Under the pieces are notes generated by a model. It saw only the letters and a program-made list of their open reading frames with translations. It was not told where the DNA came from and did not search any database. Positions 31,402 through 44,650 of a stretch of DNA of 64,000 bases are shown piece after piece. The translations under genes were made by a program, and so were the position numbers. The stretch is taken from NCBI RefSeq assembly GCF_009914755.1, contig NC_060928.1, one strand, 5' to 3'. How positions within the stretch are numbered: the stretch's first letter is position 1; the number at the start of each line of letters is the position of its first letter. Origin of the DNA: the human T2T-CHM13v2.0 reference genome, Homo sapiens.

Positions 31402-31917
31402 CTCCATCTCCATCTCCATCTCTGCCTCCATCTCCACCTCCATCTCCATCTCCGTCTCTCGCCACCTCCACCTCCATTTCTATCTCCCTCTCTGTCTCCA
31501 TCTCCACCTCCACCTCCATCTCCATCTGTCATCTATTCCCATCTCTCTATCATCTACCTATCAATTGATCCATATTAATTTTAAAGAATTGGCTCACATT
31601 TTAGGGAGTCTGGCAAATCCAAAGCTTGGGAGCAGGCTAGAAACACAGGAAGAGTTAATGTTTCAGTGCAAGTCTGAAGGCAGTTTGCAGACAGAATTCC
31701 CTCTTTCTCAAGGGAGTCAGTCTTTTTTCTCTTAAGGACTTCAACTGATCGAATGAGACCCACTCACATTACAGAGGGTAATCTGCTTTACTCAAAGTCC
31801 ACACATTTAAATGTCAATCTTATCTAAAAAATACCTTCACAGCAACATCCAAACTGCTGTTTGACCAAATATCTGGGTACCATGGCCTTGCCAAGTGGAC
31901 AGACAAAATTAACCACA
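26115..31917 (-). mobile_element. MLT2B-type ERVL solo LTR split by the hexamer array (LTR parts 26115-26150 and ~31560-31917)
   Basis: TGCATTAGAG..CCAGAAAAACAGAACCAATAGGA on the left, GAATTGGCTCAC..GAGGGTAATCTGCTTTACTCAAAGTC..TTTGACCAAATATCTGGGTACCATGG..AAAATTAACCACA on the right; TSD GCCAC/GCTGC. Confidence 0.85.
26151..31560. repeat. ~5.4 kb compound hexamer tandem array (CCATCT)n with CTGCCT, CCACCT, ACATCT, CCATTT variants (~900 units)
   Basis: Directly visible; degenerate edges (26151-26700, 31320-31560), homogeneous core, 6-nt phase kept except at a few indels. Confidence 0.99.
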
Positions 31918-31927
31918 GCTGCATACA

Positions 31928-32321
<394 letters not shown>

Positions 32322-32367
32322 TAACTGCTCATAGTTTACCGCATATACCATGTCATTACTCATCCTT

Positions 32368-33071
<704 letters not shown>

Positions 33072-33091
33072 AATTTCTCAATAAATTCCAC

Positions 33092-33163
33092 TTCTAAGAA
33101 TTAGCCAATCCGAAGGCCAGGGTGGGCTAATATACTGTGCCTGTGCTCCTACTGAGTCACGTG
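33092..33163. promoter_or_regulatory. Candidate cis-regulatory cluster (STAT GAS, NF-Y CCAAT, GT box, AP-1/E-box)
   Basis: TTCTAAGAA 33092, AGCCAATC 33103, GGGTGGG 33120, TGAGTCACGTG 33153; motif matches only. Confidence 0.35.
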
Positions 33164-33342
33164 GCTGAGCATTAATGTGTGGCTGGTGCTATACTAAATA
33201 CTTGCTGTATTAAATTAAAAGGATGCTTGTTTATGTGTGTACTTTGCACATTAGGAAATTCCTCAAGACAGGGATGGTTTCTTTATTGCCTCAGCATCTG
33301 GTGTAGTTGGAGATCAAAACAGTGTGAATGTCCATGTATGCA

Positions 33343-33344
<2 letters not shown>

Positions 33345-33400
<56 letters not shown>
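33345..33400. repeat. (TG)n(AG)n compound microsatellite
   Basis: About 17 TG followed by about 11 AG units. Confidence 0.95.
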
Positions 33401-33401
<1 letters not shown>

Positions 33402-33734
33402 CAAAGAGAAAGAGAGAAGAAAAGTGAATGGAACCAGTCCTTGGAAAAGGCAGCTATCCTCCCATGTCTATCTTGAGCACCACCACCCCTAAGAAACCTA
33501 TCCTGACTGTTGTAGTCCTCACTGATCTCCATCTAACAAACCTCTACAACATCTTGCATCTGTACCACATGGCTGAGCGTTAATTTATCCTCCATCTTTA
33601 TTTTCCTAGACCTAAAAATCCCACTGATTAAGTCAATTTAAAAAATATTGAACGTTAAAAACTAAATTTAGAGTGTTAAAAAGGTCCCAGAGATAACCAC
33701 AGTAACTCTTTGGAGTAATTTCTTTCAGTCTCTC

Positions 33735-34017
33735 TTTTTTCGTTGTTTGTTTTGAAACAGGGTCTTGCTTTGTCACCCAGGCTGTAGTGCACCCTCAACC
33801 TCCTGGGCTCAAGTGATCCTCCTGCCTCAGCCTCCTGAGCAGCTGTGACTATAGGCATGCGCCACCACACCTGGCTAATTAAAAACAATTTTTTTTTTGT
33901 AGAGATGGCATCTTGTTATATTGCCCAAGCTGATCTCGAACTTTTGGGTTCAAGTGATCCTCCTGCCTTGGCCTCCTAAAATGCTGGGATTACAGGCTTG
34001 AGCCACAGTGCCTGGCC
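33735..34017 (-). mobile_element. AluJ with right-arm deletion
   Basis: TSD TTCAGTCTCT. Confidence 0.9.
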
Positions 34018-34129
34018 TTCAGTCTCTTTTTTATGTGTGTACATATATGTATGGATTATTGTCATAATTTATATTCATTGAGCATGCTCTATTCGATTGC
34101 TCTTAGTATTTGAAGTTCATTTACATATC

Positions 34130-34240
34130 AACACTTGTATGAGGAAAGTATTATTATCTCCACTTTAGACATGAAAAAACCAAGACAAAGAGAGTTTACA
34201 TAATTTGTTCAAGTCACAGTTAGCAAGGTAGTAGAGCCCT
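34130..34240 (-). mobile_element. MIR fragment
   Basis: TATTATTATCTCCACTTTAGACATGAAAAAAC..AAGTCACAG. Confidence 0.65.
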
Positions 34241-34272
34241 GTGTGCCTGTGTGTTTGTCTGTATATATATGT

Positions 34273-34567
34273 GTATTAGTCTGTTTTCATACTGCTATAA
34301 AGAACTGCTCAAGACTGGGTAGTTTATAAGAAAAGAGGTTTAATTGGCTCAGTTCCACATGGCTGGGGAGGCCTCAGGAAACTTACAATCATGGCGGAAG
34401 AGGAAGGGGAAGCAAAGACTTTCTTTACAGGGTGGCAGGAAAGAGAGAGTGAGCAAGAGCAGGGAAAACTGCCTTATAAAACCATCAGATCTCATGAGAA
34501 CTCACTCACTATCACAAGAACAGCATGGGGGAATCCACCTCTATGATCCAATCACCTCTCACCTGGT
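34273..34567 (-). mobile_element. THE1D/MSTA-type LTR, truncated
   Basis: TGTATTAGTCTGTTTTCATACTGCTATAAAGAAC..AAACCATCAGATCTCATGAGAACTCACTCAC. Confidence 0.85.
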
Positions 34568-34924
34568 GATCTGGAGCTGCTGAGGCTTGCAATGTTCACT
34601 TCCACAAGTGTCAAGGGCCAATAACTTTGCTAACACTCCTGGAAAATGCTTGGTGTTGCCTGATGGTTTGCTGACAACCTCTGTGTTAGTATTTACAGCC
34701 TGACATGCTGCACCTGCCTAGGGATCAGGCTCTGCTTCTCTATTGGCCCCAGTCTTGCTTCAAAGAGGCCTTCAAGGGTCAATCCATGACAAAGCTTTCC
34801 TAGTTTTGATGGCTTAGGGAGCTAAAGAATACTTCTCAGGCTTATTCCAATGGAAGGCTACCTCGCCACTTTTTCCTCAGGAGAAAGCATAAAGTGACTC
34901 CTATTTCTAGTTCTTATTACAGTT

Positions 34925-35235
34925 ATTTTTATTTCATTTACTTAATTTATTAAGAGAAAGGGTCTTGCTCTGTTGCCCATGCTAGGGCACAGTGCTGCCA
35001 TCACGGCTTACTGCAGCCTCAAGTCTCTGGACAAAAGCAAGCCTCCTGCTTCAGCCTCCGGAGTAGCTGGGACCACAGGTGTGTGCCACCACGCGTAGCT
35101 AATTTTTTTAAAATTTTTTCTAGAGATGGGATTCTCTCTGTTGTTCAGGTGGTCTCAAACTCCTAGGCTCAAGCGATCCTCCTGCCTTGGCCTCCCAACA
35201 TGTTGGGATTATAGGCATGAGCCACTGCACCCAGC
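34925..35235 (-). mobile_element. AluJ
   Basis: Diverged antisense Alu. Confidence 0.88.
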
Positions 35236-35269
35236 CTATTTTAAAATAAATTAATAAAAATGAGTGTTC

Positions 35270-35692
35270 CAAGTATTTATTGCAGTATAACAAACGACTC
35301 CAAACTTAGAGGCAAACACAATAATTATTTCTTATTGATTGGGTTCAGGAAGTGGTTCTCACTTGGAGCCTCTCATGAGGTGCAGTCAGATCGTGACTGA
35401 GGCTGGGGTCATCCCAAAGTCTGGCTTGTTCATTAGGACTTCTCCTGGGACTGAGGACCAGAGCACCTATACCCAACCTCTCCATTGTCACGTGAGTTTC
35501 CTCCTACCATGGGAGGCAGAATTGAAAAGCAAGCATCCTGAGAGATAGCCAAGGTAAATATCCTTTGTAATGTAACTTTGGAAGTCACCCAGTGTCACTA
35601 AGCCCAGCCCATATTCAAGGGTAAGGGAATTGGACCGCACCTCTCATTGTGGGCAGAGTCAAAGAATTTTGAGACTGGTTTTAAAACCATTA
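35270..35692 (-). mobile_element. MLT1 (F/G-type) LTR
   Basis: TATTGCAGTATAACAAAC..GGAAGTCAC..ATTCAAGGG..TTTTAAAACCA. Confidence 0.55.
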
Positions 35693-36049
35693 TATGTAGA
35701 ATTTCTGCAAACTTTATGGTTCTCATCAAGGAGTGGGCATTCCTCAGTTCACTGCTCACAGTGAACTCATTCTCTGAAATGTCCTGGGGCACATGTAGAT
35801 CTTCAGCACACTGACTGGTTCTCAGAGGTCTATGATGCCATCTATCTCCTGGATTTTGTCACTGTCTCCAAACATCCTTGATGGCTCTGAAAGTGTTTTG
35901 TAGGGACCCCTGCACATGCGTGGGGCATGCAGCTTTGAAGGGGAAAGACCACTTGAGGAGGATGAGTTTTTCTCTGTCTTGTGGGCTTCCCCTGCCCAGA
36001 TCAGCCACAGAGAGGTGGCTGATCCTTTGGGATATGATGATGTTGCTAA

Positions 36050-36510
36050 TAATACTTACCATTTATTGAGCTCTTCCTGCAAGCGGGACACCATGCAAAG
36101 CATGGTACCTGCATTACCTCATTTAACTTCTCTTCTTACCAGCCGTAAGTGGTAAGGAATATTTTTATCCATTTTTACATATGAGAAGATGGACATATGT
36201 AAAGTGACCATCTGGCCAGAATGGTCAAGGGATTTGCTCAAGACACACATCTCTACTAGTAGATAGAGCCTGGATTTGAATGCAGGTATATTTGCCTCAG
36301 ACGGCAGCATAGTGGTTTTGAGTTTGAACACTGAGGTCAGACTACTTGGGCTTGATTCCTCGCTTTGGGCAATCTTCGACAACCTCTTTGTATTTCAATT
36401 TCCTCTTTGGTAGAGGGGAGACGATAAACATATATATATCTCAACCTCATGGGGTTTTAGCATTAAATGGGAGCTATTTAAGGTATTTAGTATTTGGCAA
36501 GTATTAATTA
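36050..36510. mobile_element. Two MIR copies (antisense ~36050-36300, sense ~36305-36510)
   Basis: CCATTTATTGAGC..CCATTTTTACATATGAGAA..GGATTTGAA; GGCAGCATAGTGGTT..GTCAGAC..TGGGCAA. Confidence 0.6.
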
Positions 36511-36700
36511 TTTCTCCTTCTTTACGATTTATGTCAGGTGGGGGTAGTGATTTACTCAAAAGAATAATATGCCAGAAATCCAGAGGTCTAAGGAAATACA
36601 GCATAAGGAACTGCCAGAGACCTGCTGTCAGACCTCAGCATTCAGTGACTCATTTCAGCCTCTGAGTTCCCATCTGCAAAATGGGCACAAGACTGGGACC

Positions 36701-36978
<278 letters not shown>

Positions 36979-38349
36979 TAGACTGGGACTTCTTGTGGAT
37001 GAACAGAGGAAACACTTCTCCACGTGGCATCCCAGTCCTTTCTCTACTTCCAGAGCCAATTAAATCTGCCGACCACTCAGCAATCCAAATACAAATGATA
37101 CATCATGGAAACTGACTGAGGAACACAGAGGCAGAAAGGAGGGTTGGTGAGAAACCCTCTCCACCTTCTTATGGGACTCAAAACACTGTCTAATTCACAG
37201 AGTGACTAGATATTGGTCTTGTCTTTTGGGGTTAAACCCTGGACAGTGGGGTATGACTTCTTGAAATGTGTCTATACTGCAGCCAAGCTCTGCAATCTGT
37301 GCAGTAGGATTTTATCTGTTGTCTATATAAGTAACATGATGGCTGGGGCTGGAAAGGGCCCAGTGCACAGCCAGGCAGGTGGGGTGGCCCACACTTGCCT
37401 GTCGCTGTTGCTCAGCTCCGGATCAGCACTGTCTTCCGAACCCAAAGAGGCTGGGAGATATTTTTACAAAGGCCCTGGGTCTATGTGTGTGGTTGAGCCC
37501 CCTCCCAGACAGGCTGATTTGTGAATGTGCTGAACTCCAGAGCACCAGTAGCCTAACCACAGAGCGGTGTTTTGTTTCTCTACCGGATACACCTGCCAAA
37601 AAGGCAGGGTTCACTTGTGCTGCAGGCTCCGGTTTGTTTTACTTTTAAAAAGATTGCACCCTCTAGATAAACCAGGGTGCACAGTTGTGTTATGGAGAAC
37701 CAGTTGAGGTTGGAGAGTAATGAAATTGATTTTATTTTCTTTTGGGACAATTCTATACAATTTTTCCTTATTCAAATGAGCATTCTCCATATTCATATCA
37801 GTCGTTAGTTCCCAAATTGTACCCCGACAAGAGGATTTTAGGGATACAAAGGATCAAGAGCATTGAGTCACACACTGAGAAAGTTAGTCCCTTTTCAAAT
37901 GTTTTCAATCTTTCTGGTTTTGTCAAGAAAAAGTCTTCGTTTGAAGCTATCTTTAACACCTAACATCTACTTCTCTCCCTTTATACATAACAAAACCAAA
38001 GTGAGTGCAGACCTTGGAATTAGTCTTTAGTTAGATATAGTGTCTAGTTAAATGTTATAATATTGTCTAAATAAAATTTGACAATATTGCTCTCTCTTTG
38101 TGATAATTATCTTTAGGATTACCTTAAATGTATGGCAAGGGATAGCAGTCTACCATTTACCTTAGGGCTACTGTGTTTCCTTTTAAAATAAACATGTTCT
38201 AGTTTTCAAAATCAATTAATTTAAAGAAAAATAGGAAGTAAATAATTGTATGAGTGCTATTCATAAATAATAAAAGTCATGAGGATAGAGTGTGGTGATA
38301 GTTGAAGATAGTAAAAACTGGGAAGGGAGTACATGGATATTTGATGTAT

Positions 38350-38560
38350 GAGTGGCTGGGGAGCCATATTAACTTGGGTTTGAATCACTGCCTACCACCT
38401 GTGGGAAGATGAGCAAGTTATTTAACCTAGTTCCACATCTGTAAAATCAGGAGACCAGAAATTCATCACCTACCTGAGGACTTTTGTGAAGACAACTCAT
38501 GCAGGGCTGAAATACATGGTACTAGAACACAGTATGTGCTCTATAAAGTTAGCCATGATT
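38350..38560 (+). mobile_element. MIR
   Basis: GAGCAAGTTATTTAACCT..CACATCTGTAAAAT. Confidence 0.6.
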
Positions 38561-38649
38561 ATTATTCTTGCCAGAGACTCTAGTTCTATTCTCAGAACTG
38601 TGCACAGAGTTAGCCCCTAGACGCGCTGCTGCTGTCTTTAGCATCATGT

Positions 38650-39372
<723 letters not shown>

Positions 39373-39777
39373 CTGCCATGCATATCATTTCCATCTCTCA
39401 CATGAAACATGTTGAAAAATTGAACTTGAGAGTTTCTTCCAGTTCATTTTCCTGGTTAAGTAACTACTTGGACATTGTGACCCATTCAAAACCAATTTGT
39501 GATTTTCTTGTGTTTCAGTGCCCGACTAACAAGCCAAACAAATTAAGTACTTTGAAGGCTTTGTCTTGGTAACAGCTCTTTACTAAGCCTATTTGCCTTT
39601 TAACTCTAATTTTGGATTCCCAAAATTTTGCATTTTAGGCAGAGTTAAGCACAATGGACATTTTCATGCAAATCGAATCAATATAGAGCCCCAAATGGCA
39701 GCTACTGGGCCATATCCAGTCCACAGATCTGTTGGGCCCACACAGAATCTAAAAAAAAAATTGAACCAACATTCTAA

Positions 39778-40132
<355 letters not shown>

Positions 40133-40369
40133 AAGATTTCATTATTTTTTAAAATGTTGATTCCTGGCTTCTTTTGAAAACAGCAGAGTTGAACATGGAG
40201 CCTGAATTTCTGCATGACCACATCATCTAAGGTGAAAGGGGCTGCTGCTTAAAATGGGGCTCTCCCTGTTTGCTCTGTGCTCCACTGCCCACAAAAGATA
40301 CACATATGTCCTTACACCTGGCAAGAATCACTGGTTTATATTCCTGTCTAGTCCTTTGTGCAGAGTGCT

Positions 40370-40815
40370 AGCTGTTCCCCAATATTGCATTCTGTTCTTC
40401 CATAGTAATGTTCCAGATGGACTCATGATGGTCCCCCTAGGATTACAATTCCAGCTTCCCTTGCAGCTAGGTGTGGGCCAGTTACTAAGTTCTGGCCAAG
40501 GAGATGATTGTGGAATTGATGCTTGGAATTTCCAGACTGCCTTTAATGGAAAGCAGGATGTCTTCTCTTGCTCTAGTTCTTCTTCCTGCCTGTTGGAGTG
40601 TGGATGGGATAGTGGCAGCTGGGGCAGCCATGTGCTATCACAAGATGGAAGCTGTGTATGGAGCATACTAGAGCAAAAAGACAGGAAGAAACTACATCCC
40701 CAACATCATGGAATCACATGGCAGCTCTGGAAGGCTTATGCTCACACTCTTACCTAAGAAAAACAAAGTTCTGTTTTTATCTCTCATTTTTACAGCAGCC
40801 TCAGTTATATCTTAA
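40370..40815 (+). mobile_element. Old MLT1 (J/K-type) LTR
   Basis: CCAGCTTCCCTTGCAGCTAGGTGTGG..ACTAAGTTCTGGCCAA..GCAGCCAT. Confidence 0.55.
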
Positions 40816-41539
40816 AGAAAACATCTTGTTTGTAAGGGGGCCTGTGGCCCCTGGCTTAGACCAAGAAACTCTGGAACTGTGCAGGCAGCATCAAACCAAA
40901 TTTCACCGAGAACCAAGATGAGCCATAATCCTTTCTATGGTAAAAGCAATATTGGAAAACCCTTTCTATGTCTCAGAGGCTCTGTTTGCAGGTGGCACAT
41001 TGCATGTAGCTGTGAACTGGTTTATACAAATGGCTCCTTAGGGGCCGCTATTTCCCACCGCTGCATATCTCAGGTTCACAGACTACTGCACCACATTCTC
41101 ACCTCTTTTTCTTCTCCACTTTGTCTTTAAAGGCCACACTTGAGCAGGCAGCCCTCCCACCTTTTCTCGGCAGTGCCATCTGAGTAGAAGCGAAGTAGAA
41201 ACTTCTTGGTTGGTACTGTTCTGGTTTCCAAGGGACCAACGGAGGCTTCCTGGTGCTAAGTGCGAAACCATTGAGGATCTTGACAGTTTCGGTCTGAGCC
41301 CACCCTGTGGTATTATGTGAGGGCAAAGGGCCAGTTATGAAAATGATCTATGAAAAAATGACGCTATTACTTCCCCAGAGGCAGATGCCAAAAATGACAT
41401 GTTATTGTGTTCCTTAGAATGATGAATGAAAGTATTGAATGAAATCTGAGTAATAATAATACCAAACTATTTAGTGTAGCCTGTGACAATGAGTCTTCCC
41501 AGCCAGGACTATTTTGGGAAATAGAAGCGGGAAAAAAAG

Positions 41540-41755
41540 AGTTGCTATTTACTGAGCACTTAAGGTGCTGCAAGTCTTATGCACATTTTCTCATTTAGTT
41601 ATCTCAAAAATCCTACGATTTAGTATTATAGCAACTTTTTTTAAAAAGCAGAAGTGCTAAGAAAAGTTAAGGAACTCAACAAAGCTTGCATCGCTAGGAA
41701 GTAAAAAGCCAGAATTTTGATTTAAATCTAATGACCTATGTTTATTCCATATTAT
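41540..41755 (-). mobile_element. MIR
   Basis: TATTTACTGAGCACTTA..TCTCATTTA..AAGTTAAG..AGCCAGAATT. Confidence 0.55.
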
Positions 41756-41833
41756 GCAGCCTCTTGGATGCTCTAATGCTGGCCTAATCAGGAGAAAGAG
41801 GCAAATGAGATCACGGTCAAAACTGCTGGGGAA

Positions 41834-41997
<164 letters not shown>

Positions 41998-43884
41998 TAC
42001 CAGGATTGAAAATATCTGAGTGAGGAAGACGGTTTGTAATGGAGGCAAGCTAGCAAGAAAAGAATGTGGGGGAGGGGTTCTATACCTGCATCAGATCATC
42101 TGAGGGCCCACAGTGCAGCTCCGTGGGCTCTGAGGGATTGTGTAAGAGGCAGCTGGCAGATATGCATGGGGTGGGCTGATCTGGCAAAAAGACGAGATAA
42201 ATCTGAAAAATACATTTTACAGTGCTCTTTACACTGAAGAATCTTGCAGAGTAACTGGTAGATATGATAAGGGATAGAGAAGGAATTACTGCTTAATAGC
42301 TAGCCAGACACTGGCATTAAGGTTTCTGCATATTTAAATGGGTGTGCTTTTCCCATCCCTGACAGATTCTTTTGTTTTCCCCTACGTCCTTAGGTTCCTC
42401 TTTTATACAAATGGCCTCTATGTCCATTCACACTGTTCTGCAAGATCAAAGGAGAAAATAATTCCCAAAGCAATGTTCTGGGACACTGAGGGTCATCAAA
42501 CATCAAGTGAAATTTGATCAACTTGCATTTTTATGTATTATCTCTTACCTTTTGCATCTTCAGAAAGGCAGTTTATCTTTATTTTCATTTAGTGGTAAAA
42601 TATTTTCTAATAGCATCAGTGAAATCCTGTTGAAAGTCAATGGCCAGCTTTTTAGACATAAGACAAATGAGAGTTCTGTTGGGCACAACAGAACTGCTAA
42701 CAGGTCTTTTACTATATTTCTTTCTCTCTCAGCCATTGATGGGTGTCTGACACCTCCAAACTCCCTCTATGCTGGGCTGATTAGAAGTGGAGGAGTTGTC
42801 TAAGATGCAACTGTTTGAACTTCAGCGGTGGAAGGTTGGGCAGCTGGGCCCCAGGTGTGTGCATTCAGACTGTAGCAGGAGTGATGCCCTCTCCCCGTGG
42901 TCCATCAAGCTCTATCTATAAGATGAGTCTCAGGAGACTGAGTACCAACCTCTAGACAGGAGCAGGGAGGGATATAAAATAGAAATGTTGACAAGGCAAA
43001 GAGAATGATGCCCCCAAGGCCACTGTGGTTCTACAGACTTATGTTTGTGCTCGAGTTAGAGCAGGATGAGGTTGGAAATGAAGCTTACAGAGTTACAAGG
43101 GACGGCGGTAGTTCCAGAAAGGACAGGGTCATCTGGTTTTTGGAAGGCATCTTGGAGATTTCATCGTACGTAAGCCATCCAGAGCTAGTATGTGGGCTGC
43201 ATGATGTTGGGGACTTGCTTTCCTCCTGTCTTTTTGCTCTACTGTTCTCGATACAGAACTTCTCCCTGTGAGGTCCGATGGTAGTTAGGGAGCAATGGTG
43301 CTAATAGGAGGCTTTGTTAATGAGAACAGGGATGCCTGCTAGATTTGGGGTTAGAAAGGAAAACAAAGAAATGTGATGAGGTCCTAGTGTCGTTGGCAGC
43401 TGGCAAATTCATTACATCATCAAGCTCTCTGACTTAAGTCTCTTGCCTACCTTGCGCTGGTTAAAACGAAAATGTAGCCCTCAGCGCCGCAGAAAACAAT
43501 TCTCCAGGGCTGTGACCATGGGGTGCCAGGGAGGAAGTGAAACTAATTGGGCAAAGACTCTTCCTGTCTGTCCATTCCTCTGTGTGGCCCTCTGGTAGAA
43601 GCAAGGATTTATGCATGTTGGGCTAGATATGAGTGAAAAAGGGGAAACATGGTCTGAAGGAGGACTTTGGGGTCAGGAATAGTCTAAAGTTTAGCAATTT
43701 TCTTTTGCTTTAGGAATCGCTCTTTGACCTCATTTTTTTTTTCTTTTTAAGTGAAGTTTCCAAGCAGAAAAGGCAGTATTTGCCAAGTGCTACAATTCAC
43801 TCTAAGCTGATTGGGTTCTGAACACGAAGGCCCTTTTTACTCTCACAATCATTTAAAAACAGTAGTAGTAAGTGGGGTGTTTTC

Positions 43885-44030
43885 GCACTAATTTACAGGT
43901 TCCTCATTTGTTGCTATGATGACCCCCTGAGGCCGGAATTGTTATCCTCTTACAGATGGGGCAATTGAAGCTCAGAGAGAAGTGGCTTGACCAAGGCCCA
44001 ACGGCAGGTGAGCAGCAGAGTCTAGGGTTT
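43885..44030 (-). mobile_element. MIR
   Basis: TTACAGATGGGGCAATTGAAGCTCAGAGAG..CCAAGGCC. Confidence 0.65.
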
Positions 44031-44489
44031 TATCTTTCTATCACACCTGTCACCGTGGTGCCCGGGGATGAGCAGTCACTTCAGATAAACGTTGAGGTTT
44101 CTGTTACCAGCCGTCCTCCGGGCCCAGTGTGATTAGTCTACTTTGCTCAGCTTCCTGTAGGTGTGTTGTGATACTCTGTAGATACTTTATTTCCTCTTCT
44201 CCCCTAGTTCGTCCAGAAATACAAACTGTTGAATTTCTTTATCATCATTTTAGAAGTGATAAACATTCCCAAAAGGTATGTTATTTCTGCCATGGAGTTG
44301 GCAGTCTTTATTCATGCAGAATGCATTCTGGAGTGTTTTGTTTTAGTGAAAAGAAGACATTCTTAGAAATTGAAGACAAAGAGGAGAGGAAGTGAGCCCG
44401 CAGGGGGCATGTTCCCATGGGATTGGGAGTCAGGCATCTTTAGGTATCTCTGCTCCCTTCTCCTCGGGAGAAAGCAAGGACCACTGCCT

Positions 44490-44650
44490 TCTAAGTCAAG
44501 CAGACCTTGGTTCAAATCCCAGCTCTGGCGAAAATTCTTGAGGAAGATATTTAACCTCTCTGAGCCTCAGTTTCCTCATCTAGAAAATGGGGAGAATAAT
44601 ATCACTTTCTTCATTGGGTCATTGGGGGGAATTTAATGAAGTAATGCAAC
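44490..44650 (+). mobile_element. MIR core
   Basis: GGTTCAAATCCCAGCTCTG..TTAACCTCTCTGAGCCTCAGTTTCCTCATCT..AAAATGGGG. Confidence 0.85.

Noticed and set aside
26151-31560. SVA element (CCCTCT hexamer head)
   Set aside because: The unit is CCATCT, and there is no Alu-like region, GC-rich VNTR, SINE-R or poly(A) tail following it
26151-31560. Telomeric, HSat2/3 (CATTC) or CRISPR-type array
   Set aside because: Wrong unit sequence, no unique spacers, eukaryotic euchromatic context
26101-31568. 1766-aa and 1483-aa ORFs as a real mucin/extensin/formin-like gene
   Set aside because: Multiple frames stay open because the pyrimidine-rich repeat lacks stops; the frames swap dipeptides at indels; no signal peptide, domain or exon structure; the sequence sits inside an LTR. 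Kept only as a hypothesis in findings
33158-33584. 19-bp near-direct repeat CAC(G/A)TGGCTGAGC(A/G)TTAAT as the TSD of an insertion
   Set aside because: The ~390 bp between copies has no poly(A), terminal repeats or recognisable element; cannot be distinguished from chance or an old local duplication
40254-40757. 167-aa ORF
   Set aside because: Overlaps an old MLT1 LTR; no recognisable protein features
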